64,000 nt of DNA. Source: the human T2T-CHM13v2.0 reference genome, Homo sapiens. Shown one piece after another: positions 51,944 to 64,000 of this stretch; the first letter of the stretch is position 1, and every line of letters begins with the position of its first letter. The stretch lies in the NCBI RefSeq assembly GCF_009914755.1, contig NC_060945.1, one strand, 5' to 3'. Both the position numbers and the translations under genes were made by a program. The notes beneath the pieces are model-generated. The model was not told the origin of the DNA. It ran no database searches and saw only the letters and a list, made by a program, of their open reading frames with translations.

Positions 51944-54279
51944 CAAGTATACCTTGTTTTATTGTGCTTTTCAGATGTTCCTTTTTTTGTTTTTTACAAA
52001 TTGAAGATTTGAGGCAACATCTGTCCAACAAGTATATCAGCACCATTTTTCCAACAGTATGTGCTCACTTCATAACCCTGTGTCACGTTTTTGTAATTCT
52101 TACAATATTTCAATCTTTATTATTATTATTATATGTAATTTTTGAAGTTACTATTGTAATCGTTTTGGAGCACAACAAACTACACCCATATAAGATGGCA
52201 AACTTAATCAATAAATATGTATGTTCTCACTGCTCCAGCTGCTGTTCATCTTCCAGTCTGTCTCTCTCTCTGTGGGCTTCTCTATTCCCCAAAACATAAA
52301 AATATTGAATTTAGACAAATTAACAATCCTACAATAGCTTCTAAATTTTCAAGTGAAAGGAAGAGTTGTGCCTATCTCACATTAAGTCAAACACTAGAAA
52401 TAATTAAGCTTAGTGAGAAAGGTGTGTCAAAAGCAGAGACAAACTGAAAGCTAGGCCTCCTGTGTTAAAGAGTTGGTCAAGTTGTGAATGTAAATAAAAA
52501 ATTATTGAAGAAAATTAAAAGCGCTATTCCAGCGATCACATGAATGATAAGAAGGTGAAATGGCCTTATTATTGATATGGAGAAAGTTTGAGTGGTCTAG
52601 ATGGAAGATCAAACTAGCCACAACATTCCCTTAAGCCAAAGCCTATCCAGATCAAGGCCTTACCTCTTTTCAATTCTATGACGGTAGGCTGCGAGAGGTG
52701 AGGAAGCTGAAGAAGAAAAGGTGGAAGGTAGCAGAGGTTGGTCCATGAAATGTAAGGAAAGAAGCCATCTCTGTAACATAAAAGTGTGGCAACAAGTGCT
52801 GATGTAGAAGGTACAGCAAGTTTTTCAGAAGATCTGGCTGAGATAATTGATGAAGAAAGCTCACTAAACAATAGATTTTCAGTGTAGCCAAAGCATCCTT
52901 CTATTGGAAGAAGTGCAACCTAGGACTTTCATAGCCAGAGAAGAGAAGTCAATGCCTGGCTTCAAATCTTCAAAGGATAGGCTGACTCTCTTGATAAGAC
53001 TAATGCAGATGACAAATGTAAGTTGAAGTCAATCTTCATTTACTATCTGAAAATAATAGAGCCCTTACAAATTATGCTAAATCTACTTTGCCTTTGCTCT
53101 AGAAATGAAAGAACAAAGTCTGGAGAACAGCACATCTGGTCACAGAATGGCTTACTGAATAATTTAAGTCCACTGTTGAGACCTACAGCTCAGAAAAAAA
53201 AAGTTTCAAAATATTCCTTCTCTTTAGCAATGCCTCTGGTCACCCAAGAGCTCTGATGAAGAAGCACAAAAGATTAATGTTGTTATACCTGCAAAAACAA
53301 TGTCCATATTGCATATTATGGATCAAGGAGTAATTACAACTTTCAAGTTTTATTATTTAAGAAATACATTTTGTAAGACTTTAGCTAGCATAGGTAATCA
53401 TTTCTTAGATAGACATGAGCAAAGTAAATTGAAACCTGAAAAGGACTCATCATTCTAAATGTCATTAAGGACATTTGTGTTTCACAGTAGAAGGTCAAAA
53501 TACCTACTTTAACAGAAGTCTGAAAACAGTTGATTACAACCCTCAAGGAAGACTTGAGGGGTTCAAGACTTCGACAGAGGAAGAAGTAATTGCAGATGTG
53601 GTGGAAATAGCAAGATAAATAGAATAAGAAGTGGAGCCTTAAGATGTGACTTAATTGCCACAATTTCATGATTAAACTGGAATGCACAAGGAGTTGGTTT
53701 ATATGGATGAGCAAAGAAAGTGGTTTCTTGAGATGGAATCTACTCCTGCTGAAGAGGCTGTGAACATAGCCAAAATGACAGCAAAGGGTTTAGAATATGG
53801 CTTAATTGATATTGCAGTGGCAGGTTTTGAGAGGACGGACTCTGATTTTAAAAGAGATTCTATTGTGAGTAAAATGCTATCAAATATTGTGGCATGCTAC
53901 AGAGAAATCTTGCATGAAGGGAACAATCGATGTTCCAAACTTCATTGTCTTATTCTCAGACACCGTCTCAGCCACCCTAAACTTCACCAACAACCATCCT
54001 GACCATTCAGCTGCCATCAACATCGAGGCATCATCCTCCATAAGCATACAGACTGTGACTGGCTGAAGGCTCAGATAATTGTTAGCATTTTTAACAATTA
54101 AGGATTGTACATTTTTTTAGACACAATGCTATTACACCCTTAATAGAGTACAGTATAGTGTAAATATAGCTTTTATATGCACTGGAAAACCAAAAAAATT
54201 GTGTGACTTGCTTTATCGCGATATTTGCTTTATTACGTTGATCTAGAACCAAACTGGCAATATCTCCAAGGTATGTCTA
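51944..54279 (+). mobile_element. Essentially full-length Tigger1 DNA transposon with decayed transposase
   Basis: Termini caagtataccttg... and ...caaggtatgtcta, each flanked by TA, about 2.34 kb apart. Transposase remnants: ASKFSSERKSCAYLTLSQTLEIIKLSEKGVSKAE and MDEQRKWFLEMESTPAEEAVNIAKMTAKGLEY. Confidence 0.95.
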
Positions 54280-55329
54280 TAATTTCCAACCATATAATTT
54301 AATCCTGTTATTTACCAGTGAAGCAGGATTATGAATCATTGTGGTTCATCAAGAAAAATGGCCTTCCAAATTCAGCATTTGTATTATGCAAATAAATGTT
54401 CTATAGATTTACTTTTTTTTTATTTTGGAGTTTGCTGCATGGTTTCATATTTGTACATGATGCTCTTTAAACCAAACTGATAAAAACAGCATATTAAGTA
54501 ATACATTTTTGTTAGAACTTTCACTATTTGTATATATATTTTGAATATTTTTACTTAATATTATTTAATATAGAGAATAGTGTCCTCTAAATATAGCCTT
54601 GGAGACAAGAGTTCTGCCATTTTAGATTTAATTCATATGAACACCTTAACATTCCTAAATTCCATATTCTGTTACTAATTGCTACTTAGCATTCAATTTT
54701 CAATATCTTTGAATTTAAGCTCATAAGGCCCTTTGAAAATCTCCTGAAAGTAATTGTTTTGATGTAATGATGTCAGCTCATTACCTAATTCATCAAAGTG
54801 ACACTACATTTAATAGACTACCAAAGTATTAATGCCCTATTTCATGTAGAGATAAAAATCCAGAAAACGATCTAGTTAGAAAATCCAGTTAGAAAAAATT
54901 TGTAACTTGAAGCTTCTTGTTATGAAGTTTCCATGTCTATCTGTCATTTTCCACTGGCAATTCATAGTAAATGAAATTGAACAACGGCAGACAAAATTAT
55001 TTTTAAAGCTACACTAGTCCACTATATGTAATTAAATATGACCAACAAAAATTACATATTCCATTAATTATTTACATTGTATTTGCCTTTTGTTCAAGAA
55101 TTGCTAACCATATCAAAATTTTTCTGCTCACTTTTATTATTAGTTTTAAAATATAGAATGAATACCAATATCCCTAACTCCTGTATCTGTACCAAAACAT
55201 TTTTGGACAAGGTCATTGGTTGGTTAACTATTTTTCTTTCATCTCCAAATATGTAGAACTTTTTTTCTGAGTAATATTTGAGGAACAGAACTACAAATTC
55301 CACTAAGAACATGCTTTTCATATAAATTA

Positions 55330-55890
55330 TTCTGATGAATCCAACAACTGCTCTCTATCTGCCCTGTGACCACCTGGCTGCAGCCATCCTCATCTCCTGG
55401 CTGTAGCCATCCTCATCTCCCCTCTGGAAAACTGCAAAATCCTTTTTTTAATCTGAGGTTCTACTTTAGTCCATTATCAACCATTGGTAGCTTAAAGACA
55501 AGTACTGTCCAGACAAAATACATTAAAACAGCTCGCACCCTTGCTTGGACATTTCAATGGTTTCTTTTTGTCCTTAGATGAAATTCCAAACCACTTTTTT
55601 AGAACATACTTCATGAGTCATCACCTGTTACAACTCAAGCATCAGTTTGTAGCATCCCCTCATTTTATTATTTTCTTATTAGAGTCCAGAAATACTTATA
55701 TTGTTGTTAATTTAACTCAAGCACATTCAAGCCCCGGGTGTTTGAACACTTTCTTTTCTTGGCATGCTGTTCTCTCTATCTTACTCCTAACATTTGATCA
55801 TCTCCTCACAGAGGCATTGCTGCAGCCTCTATACAGTACAGAACTATGACATCCCCAGTCACTCTCAGCTCACACTGCCTAACTTCCTTA
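55330..55890 (+). mobile_element. L2 fragment with a 23-bp tandem duplication (55373-55418)
   Basis: cctggctgYagccatcctcatct x2, followed by L2-like sequence. Confidence 0.5.
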
Positions 55891-56087
55891 GAAACAGGGC
55901 ATAAAGGCGCCATGAGGTCAGTCAGGAGTCCTGTTTTTGTCTTGTTTTGTTTTTCCTCTTGAAATATTCCAGGAAGGCCACTTATGAGAAATCCACGTTA
56001 AATGAACACTTCCACATACTATCTGTATTAGTGAAGACAACATTAGATTCTGTAAAAAAGAACCCCCCAAATTTCAATGGCTTGAGG

Positions 56088-56305
56088 GTTTATGATTTCT
56101 GTGACTGGCTAATTTCACTTAGCTTAATATTCTCAAGGTTCTTCCAGTGGTTACATACAGCAGATTTTCTTCTTTTTAAAAACTGAATAGTATTCTGTTT
56201 TATGTGCATATTGCATTTTCTTTACCCGCTCTCACAGCACCGTGCACTTAAAAATGTAAGAGAGTAGGTCTCATGTTGTTTTCTTAGCACAATTTTAAAA
56301 ACAAA
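56088..56305. mobile_element. Short old L1M 3' piece with a 5' inversion
   Basis: An antisense segment (gactggctaatttcacttagc...tgaatagtattc) is joined at ~56232 to a sense 3' end (gtgcacttaaaaatgtaagagagtaggtctcatg). Confidence 0.55.
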
Positions 56306-57141
56306 ATTTTATTCCTCACTCACCTAATTATGCAGTGTTTGTAATCAATAGGTTGATGTCTTTTTCACATTGACTGTTCTTTCATTGGGTAGCTTAGCCA
56401 TTAGGTGATTCTGCTGCCCAATGGAAACAAGAATCTCTGTAGAAACAGACTGTTTTTAGCACAAACTCTCTCACCTTAGGTTTTTTTATTTTTTGGTTTA
56501 GCTTAATTAAGCATAATACGGATTTTATTTTTTAAACAATGATATCTTAAAAATCTTTGTCTAGCAAAAGTCTTCTCAGCTCTATCCCTCTCCGTTTTTG
56601 TTACAATAACAAAAGATTTCATGCTTATATAATCTCACAGAGATAAAAAATATTAATTCATTGCAGTAAGTTTCTCAGTGGTCTGTCTTTTCTTCAGGGA
56701 TTTTATCCAACAAAGGAAACAATATTTTGAGATTTATCATATGCCAAAATCAGTAGAGTTCAATGGTCAAAAAAAAGTACAGACAATTTTAGAAACCACA
56801 ACAGAATGTGTCTCTATTTTACACATTCCACTGTTCAAAGGGCCTTTACATTCATAGTATATGTTGTGAAATAAACATATAATGCCAATCATTGTTCTAA
56901 TAATTGGAAGAATATCAGGTGCATAGTAGGTACTTATACTTGTGAGGTCTTATGCCAATAGCATAAGGTACCACTGAGGAGCCCACTCCGAACTTTACAT
57001 TAGACAAGATCTGTCAATCAGGTAATAATAAATTTTGCTGATAATTGCTCGACATTAGAATAAAAACAGAAATTAAAGTAAAAGTAAACAATTATAAAGG
57101 AAGACAGTATCCTTGTCCTTTTCGCACCAGATATCTGTATG

Positions 57142-57226
57142 TTTCTACTGTGGAAGGAGGTACATCAAACATTTTAAGCATGTACATTAAACATTTCTAC
57201 AGTGGAAGGAGGTACATCAAACATTT
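57142..57226. repeat. 33-bp direct duplication with a partial third copy
   Basis: tttctacWgtggaaggaggtacatcaaacattt at 57142 and 57194, with gtacattaaacattt between them. Confidence 0.9.
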
Positions 57227-57412
57227 AACTCCATTCCTTCTGCTTCTGTGCTAATCTAACTTGTGATTTAATTCAGTTTTTCATACAAATGACAATAGTC
57301 ATGATTGGTGGCCCTGATAGCCACCAGTCATCAGAGCTACTGAAGTTCTCATTATGGAAAATATTTTTTTAATTTATTAATTACATATATTGTTGCTTTA
57401 GGTATATTTTGT

Positions 57413-57422
57413 TCTCTCTCTC

Positions 57423-57449
<27 letters not shown>
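57413..57449. repeat. (CT)n(GT)n microsatellite
   Basis: Visible dinucleotide runs. Confidence 0.9.
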
Positions 57450-57453
<4 letters not shown>

Positions 57454-59799
57454 AGCACTCAATAGCTGCTCATCTCAGGAATAGTGAAAAAATTGAGATT
57501 CTGAACCTATAAAATACATGATTGTACCATGTTGATGTTTCTCTTCTCTTTTTGTCTACAAACCAACACCTGTGTTCTTTGGGAAACATCAGGTCTTGCT
57601 CTTTTTTATTTTGTAAAGCTTTAGATGAAGGAAATAATAATACTCTTGTTTTCATAAGAAAAAAAGACTATAGTTCAATACCAGGATTTTAAAGGCGGTC
57701 TTATCACATGGTTTCTTCTGTGTAATGGATAAGGCAAGATGATCTACTAAGAGTGAATAGGTTTAAATATTTATGGATAATAGATTCTATTTGAGTAATT
57801 GCTGTAAAAAAGGTGAAAAGTAATTTCCAGGAAGTAGAGCAAAACAAGGTGAAAACAGAAAGAATTTGACAGCAGGTTTTAGGAACTATTACACTTGGTG
57901 ACAATAGGAGCACGGTAATTCATTCTTTTAAAAAAAAAAAATTCTCATAGCATGCTTCTTCTTCAGAAAAACTCAGAGATGGCTGATGATTAGGCACAGA
58001 GTGAGGTTGTTTTGTAAAAGACCAATCTGAGGGCAGTGAATTATGGAGTCAAAAAATGCCAGCAAAATGATAAATGAAGAGAAATACAAGAAGGTAAGGT
58101 CTATAGGAACCATTCTATTACCATCACCTCACACAGTATGTGATATGTTTTCGGTACCTAATTAATGAAACCTTAAGCTATATAAAGTTATAATCCAATA
58201 TTTCCATGTTTAGAAATTTATACCATAAAAATGCTTACACAATTATACAAATATGTGACTACAGAGATATAAGTAAAAACATTATTTGTAACAATAAAAT
58301 GCCAAAAATAAATATACACCATAATGTGGAATATTATTAAGTAGACATTAAAGTGAATATGAATCTACAGGTTAAAGAAAATTATGATCTTTCCTAAACC
58401 ATCATGAAGACTAGTTTATGCAATTATACAAAAGAATAAGACAAAAGAAATGGCTGGATATGGAATTGGTTATTTTCATGCCTACCTCTGAAAATGTTTG
58501 AAAACAGTAAACTTATTTTCTTCACTTTTCACGACCTAGAAAGTGGTGAAAATTTTTATAATAAAGGAAAATTTTTTCATTTTGTTATTAAAAATATTTC
58601 ACTGCCAACCTCAGTAAGAGTATATGAATAGAAAAAGGAAAACAGCATTTTAAATTTAATGAAATAGGAAAAAATAGTACATAATTATTTCTTTAGCTCC
58701 TTTTAAATAACTCTACTCTAAATGAATTCTTTGAGTAGTGTGGAAAAGGTAAAATCAATTCTTAAACTTTGTAATTTATATATCCTTTTGAAAACCTTTT
58801 TGAATGGTTCTGCTCAAGTGTGTTTCATTGGCAATGAAAATTATATGATTATATATAGATACCCTTGAATTCAGTAAGCAGGGTTTGTAACAAATCAGAA
58901 AATTGTATTTTAATTTGCAGTTTCTTCTTGATCTACTACTAATGAAAGTTTCACTGAATTATCTGCTTAAAGGTCAAAATGCTAATTAAGAGTTTCTCAT
59001 CAGTGATAATTCAGATATGTGGAAAAATGATGACATTAGGTCTTTGTCTTCTTGAGTTAACTTATTTTGTACTCGGTCTTCTCAAAATTCTGATAAAAAT
59101 GAAGACAGTTTATAATTAATACTTTCTGTTTCATAATACTTTCTGTTTCATTCAATAGACATTCCCCTTTAAAGGAACACATAAGGAGTTTCCCCCTTTT
59201 CTAATGTAACTTTATAATATACACCTTAATAAGCTAAATCTTGCAGACCACTTTTTAAACTACAAATATAATGCTATACTTTAGGTAGCATCTATAACAG
59301 TTACTCTTTCAAAAATATATGTTAAATTTTTAGAATTATTGATCTACCAATTTGACATTTCTACATCTAGGGAGAATAAATCATTTCATGTTTACTATTC
59401 TATCATATGTGATATATCATTTCAAAGTTCACAACATATACTAGTCTGTGTGTTAGATAGTTCATGGGACATGGATATCCATCCAAGCAAGTAACTATCC
59501 CTCTATATACAAATATAGCTATGGCTTACAAAACGAGGATACATTTTAAAAGGCCAGGTCATCTGATTTAAGCCATAAACATGTAAGTATACTTACCAAC
59601 AGTAAAGACTGTGTGTGCGCATGTGTGGTGTGCCTGATTGCTTGTGTGTGTAATCAAATTTATATTGTCTTACAATAACACTATACCTAAAAATACTTAT
59701 ACCACGACATGATCATGGTGGTAAAGTGATGGCATATTCCAAAGGCGTACTTTTAAAAGGTCTAACAGAGAAACAGTTGCAAAGGCTTTGACAAAGACT

Positions 59800-60130
59800 T
59801 AATGACTATCAATAAAGTATAGTGAATATCGTTGCCAATTGTAACCCTGAAAAATAGTACCCCAGTAAGAGTTATAATAGTGGAAGAAGGCTGCCCAATA
59901 GGGACTGTGTCTTTGGGACTGAAACAGCCCCTGCCAAAACCACAGCCTGAAGAAGAATGGCCAAAATGCTTCATGATTTCTTATCTTCTGATCTCTAATC
60001 ATCTGTTGTTAAACCCACTGGGCAAAGACAATTAAAATCCAGAGGGTAAGGAAATCCTTGATGCAGTCCATAGAGGTCAGTAGTAGAGAGGGGAAAGAAT
60101 GGAACTGGAGAGGAAAATGGAAAACATCTC
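59800..60130 (-). mobile_element. LTR33-like ancient LTR fragment
   Basis: cccactgggcaaag...ccagagggtaaggaaatccttgatgcagtccatagaggtcag. Confidence 0.5.
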
Positions 60131-60139
60131 TATTGTATT

Positions 60140-60490
60140 TACAGCATGTATTATGCTCATGGATTAGAAGAATCAACAAATAAAGGTGTCAGGGTTTTTT
60201 TTTTTTTTTTTTTTTTTTTGATGTACATATAGATTAAGCACAAACCAATAAAATCTCTAGGGAAAAATGTTTATTGGAAACTACAACCTGAATTCTAAAA
60301 TATAGAAGACAAGGTGAACTGGAATAGCTCAATACTCCAATCAATTTCTCTGAAAAAGAAGAAAAAAGTTAAAGCAGCCACAGTACCTGATATCAATACT
60401 CATACATAAAACTACGAAAATCAAGATAGCATGGTATAGATGAAAGGACAATGAAACAGAACAGAGTATAGAAATAGACCCACATATGTA
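60140..60490 (+). mobile_element. L1ME-type ORF2 fragment with an internal poly(T)
   Basis: atgctcatggattagaagaatcaa...aatcaagatagcatggta...gaaatagacccacatat. Confidence 0.6.
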
Positions 60491-62399
60491 AGTCCTTAGT
60501 AAGAGGCCACAGAGTCCTTTTAGCACTAAAATAAATTATTGCAAAATAGTACACAGTTGATCAAAACTAAACAAATATTCTGTAGGTTTTCATTGTATTA
60601 AGTCTTAAAATAATATATTTAATTGAAAACACAGCTTCTAATGAGACAGGAATATCTCTAGTTTTTCCAATCATTACTTTTATCTATGGATGAATGTTAT
60701 TTATTTTCAGAATGAGACAAAATTTCAGTATTCTACTTCTCCCCACCCTTTTTAAAAACAACTCTAAGCACTTAATAAGTTGCTTTCATAAATAAATAAG
60801 TAGAAAGAAATGGAACAGACTTTTCATAACAATATAACATGTTTATTCTACGTTTTCCTAAATTATATCCAAAACTTACTACAATTTAATATAAAAATGT
60901 TTATTAGTAAATAATTAGATTAAGTTTTTTTAATTTTACTAAAATTATGATTTAGAAATAGCCTAAATTGAAAACGGATTTGATTAGTTCAATTCTTCCT
61001 TGTAAATATATCATTGACAGGAATTATCACATTTTTTAGAATTTTACACTGTAGGGCAGAATAACATTATAAATATGGGTAAAATATGTCATTCCCTTGA
61101 AAATCAGAACAAAAGTGGTCCTTTGTAAAGGATGCCTGAGTAAGGGATACTGGCATAGCCACTAGCCTATGGACCTTTTCTGATGCACATCAACTTTAGA
61201 AAATTGGACATTTAAATGTCCCAGTTTAAGACTATTGCTCTAAAGTAGAGTAGAGGGAAAACACTGTATCTACTCAGCATATAATGCTTTGATTTCCTCT
61301 GATTATAAAATATCCTGAGAAGACCCATTAATCAGTCATATATCTGCTGAAGCTCTTAAATGTCTTTAGTCCTTTAGGACACTCGAGTTTATAATTAAAA
61401 ACGAATTATGAAATCAAGATAATTACAAAATCATACCTTTAACAACATATTACAATTAATTCCAAAAAGAAAAAAAATCTACTTCAATTTGCCAAGAACC
61501 AATTAATATTAAATGCAGCATTACTTCTACCATTGTAACTTTAATTTGAGTATAAAAAAGAATAAGGACAATGAAAACATATTTTTGTCTTTCCTTCCTT
61601 ACTTCTCTCTTTTTTACCAAATGAAGGAAATAAATATATGAGAATGACATATACATTCACACATACACACAAAGGCACATTTATACATATATATTTGTCT
61701 ACTTACAAACCCACAAAGAAGCACACAAACACAAATTTACATATGACTAAAGTCAATTTAATTAGCTCCAAAGGAATGTTAATGTAGAAAGGAGTGAGGA
61801 AGAAAAGTCACCTAGATTGAGGAGATATTTCTACCAGAGGGACTTATGTCTTCTCTGCTCCTTCCTTCACTCAGTACTATGTATGTGAGAATCATAGAAA
61901 TAAAGGTGTCAGCATTTTGCTTATACTTTTTACTGTTACTATTGTTATTTTATGGTTTTCTTTTTCTTTTTTCTTTAAACATTTGTTTATCTGGGAAACA
62001 TTCTAATTTTCTTGATTATATCTTCCCTAATGGATTCAGTGACCTAGTCCAGGGTCCTCAATGATGTCCAGGAGAGTTTTACCAGTAGCAGACCTGAGAC
62101 ATAGATTCCAGTGAAAGTTACAAATTAAGGAAGTATACCCTGAAGAAAGCATTAAATGTATCAAAAAAACAAAATGGAAAATAGTAAGAACAAGCTAGAG
62201 TGGGAATTTTCTAGGAAGGATCGCACATTCACTCTGATCTTGCTGGACGATCTAGAGTCCAAATTATACCCAATTGTCTCTCCTTGAGTCAAAGGAGTTG
62301 GATAGGGCCAAATCTCTAATAGTCATAGGTGCCACCTCTGAGCAGCAAAACGAACAAGACCTGGGGGATGAGTACAGAGAGTTGGTAAAGAGATCTGAA

Positions 62400-62551
62400 T
62401 TAGCTGGGTGTGATGGCACGTGCCTGTAATCCCAGCTTGGGAGGCTGAGGCAGGAGAATCGCTTGAACCTGGGAGGTGGAGGTGGTGGTGAGCCGAGATT
62501 GCGCCCCTGCACCCCAGCCTGGGCAACAGAGAGAGACTCGGTCTCAAAAAA
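62400..62551 (+). mobile_element. 5'-truncated AluS (right monomer only)
   Basis: Starts at tagctgggtgtgatgg, with a perfect 13-bp TSD aaagagatctgaa at 62387-62399 and 62552-62564. Confidence 0.92.
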
Positions 62552-62907
62552 AAAGAGATCTGAAGGGGGATTTGAGTGACTTACAGTAGTGTCAGCGCCA
62601 GGGCCTGATATAACTGATATACTCTTTGTACCTATCAAGTGGTCCCATTTATAAATAAAGGGGGAAAAACTTTTTGGGATAGTTGCAAAATAAACATTCT
62701 AGATAATCAAATGTCCCGGTTAGTTATTAATATTTCAAAGGTCTTAAAATAAACTGACACTATAAAATACTGGGAAGTGCCACTGCACTATTATATTTAA
62801 TATTATTATAATGTTGTTGCTATAAATAGTGCAAGAAAATAGTTTTCTTATATTTAAAACTGAAAAATCAGATGAATCTTAACTGTATCAGCATAACCCA
62901 GCAAAAG

Positions 62908-63040
62908 ACGGGCACAGTGGCAAGCACCTGTAGTCCCAGCTACTCTGGAGGCTGAGGTGGGATGATTGGGTGAGCCCAGAAGTTTGAGACCAGCTTGGGC
63001 AACATAGCAAGACTCCATCTCAAAAAAACAAAAACAAAAA
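62908..63040 (+). mobile_element. Free Alu monomer (FLAM-like)
   Basis: Single ~130-bp monomer with an A-rich tail. Confidence 0.8.
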
Positions 63041-63249
63041 CACAATACACAAAATTATATTGGCATATGTTTTGGGTCCTTTACTAATAAGTATGACAAT
63101 ATGATATCAGAGGAATACCACTCCACATTGTGTGATTTTTCTAGGTTAAAAAGTAGAATGTAGTAACAGAGTTACTTATTGACATCAAGATGTCAGTGAA
63201 CACAAGGAGAAAAAAAGTTTAAGCAATGGTCTCATCTGACAGTCATGAA

Positions 63250-63500
63250 AATAGCATAATGGGTAAAAGTTAGGAAGTGGTGTTAGATCTGGTGGTTCCA
63301 AATCTTGTGCTGCCACTTACTAGCTAGCTGTGTGACCCTAGACAAGCTAATTCACCTCTAGATGCTTCAGTCTTGTCATCTCTAATTTTGGGATAAACTC
63401 TAACTCCTAAATATAGTTGTTATGAATATTAAATAATTTAATATAGGTATAGTGATCAGAAAAGAGTCTATCAGATAGGACAATTTTTAGCTGTTATTAT
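63250..63500 (+). mobile_element. MIR
   Basis: gccacttactagctagctgtgtgaccctagacaag...cttcagtcttgtcatctct. Confidence 0.75.
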
Positions 63501-63562
63501 TTTTACTATTATAAGAAACATTGCTAGGCAAAAAACTAAAATTCAAAATGATTTATTCTCAT

Positions 63563-63792
63563 AGCAAAAGTCAGCAAACTTTTCCTCTAAAAGGCCAAAC
63601 CATAAATAAATGTTGATTTTGCTGGCCATATGCGCTTTGTCACAATTATTCGACTTTGCTCTTGTAGCTTCTAAACACTCAAAAATAATATATAAAAGAA
63701 TGGGCGTAGCTGTGTCTCTAAAACAAGCATCATATCCAAACACAAGCAGCAGGCTGGAATCAGCCCATGAGTTGCAGTTCCTTGAATCCTGT
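63563..63792 (+). mobile_element. MER58A-like hAT-Charlie MITE
   Basis: gtcagcaaacttttcctctaaaaggcca...aatgggcgtagctgtgt...caggctggaatcagccc. Confidence 0.75.
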
Positions 63793-64000
63793 CATAAAGT
63801 AACAACTAAAAATTCTTTTTTTTAACCAAAAATAAAATTAAAGAGATTCTGTCTCATTTTATAAATATCATAAATATTTTATGAATATACCAAAGACAAT
63901 CTACTTGATGAATGTCCACCTGAACAATTTATTAATTGTATTCAAGGGAAATCAATTTGAGATTTGACTCAGGAGAGAAAATCAATTGCAAAACTCAAAG

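Noticed and set aside
52217-54002. TIGD1-like domesticated transposase gene
   Set aside because: The reading frame is fragmented across several frames; this is an ordinary decayed Tigger1.
62264-62638. 124-aa ORF reading through a frame-preserving 165-nt Alu insertion
   Set aside because: It starts at TTG, shows no recognisable homology, and frame preservation has a 1-in-3 chance.

Overview
AT-rich, gene-poor primate (human or great-ape-like) DNA made up mostly of transposable elements, with no intact protein-coding gene that I can support. It holds two processed pseudogenes on the minus strand: a nearly full-length KRT18 retrocopy (about 167-1492) with poly(A) and TSD, and a 3' RPS3A fragment (about 5650-6047) that the ORF track shows only out of frame. 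Mobile elements include a full-length decayed L1PA (8011-14670), an internally deleted old L1M with a nested L1PA 3' end, a full-length Tigger1, MER82, Tigger5/MER47, MER58, MaLR/ERVL LTRs (MST, THE1A, MLT1, two MLT2A, MLT2B-D, LTR16/33-like), ten full-length Alus plus two monomer-length copies (one full-length copy is a young AluYd-type), L2, MIR and microsatellites. The less ordinary structure is: (i) a ~470-bp fold-back inverted duplication at 24.5-25.0 kb; (ii) an internally inverted, truncated THE1A provirus fused to the RPS3A fragment, near a perfect 70-bp AT-only palindrome; (iii) a 71-nt pre-miRNA-sized hairpin at 39.9 kb; (iv) several small duplications with templated or inverted junctions; (v) a THE1A LTR with a DUX4-type motif and splice donor pointing at an acceptor-like site in the KRT18 retrocopy. 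Repeat subfamily names come from remembered consensus sequences and need RepeatMasker/Dfam confirmation. All functional ideas are hypotheses.
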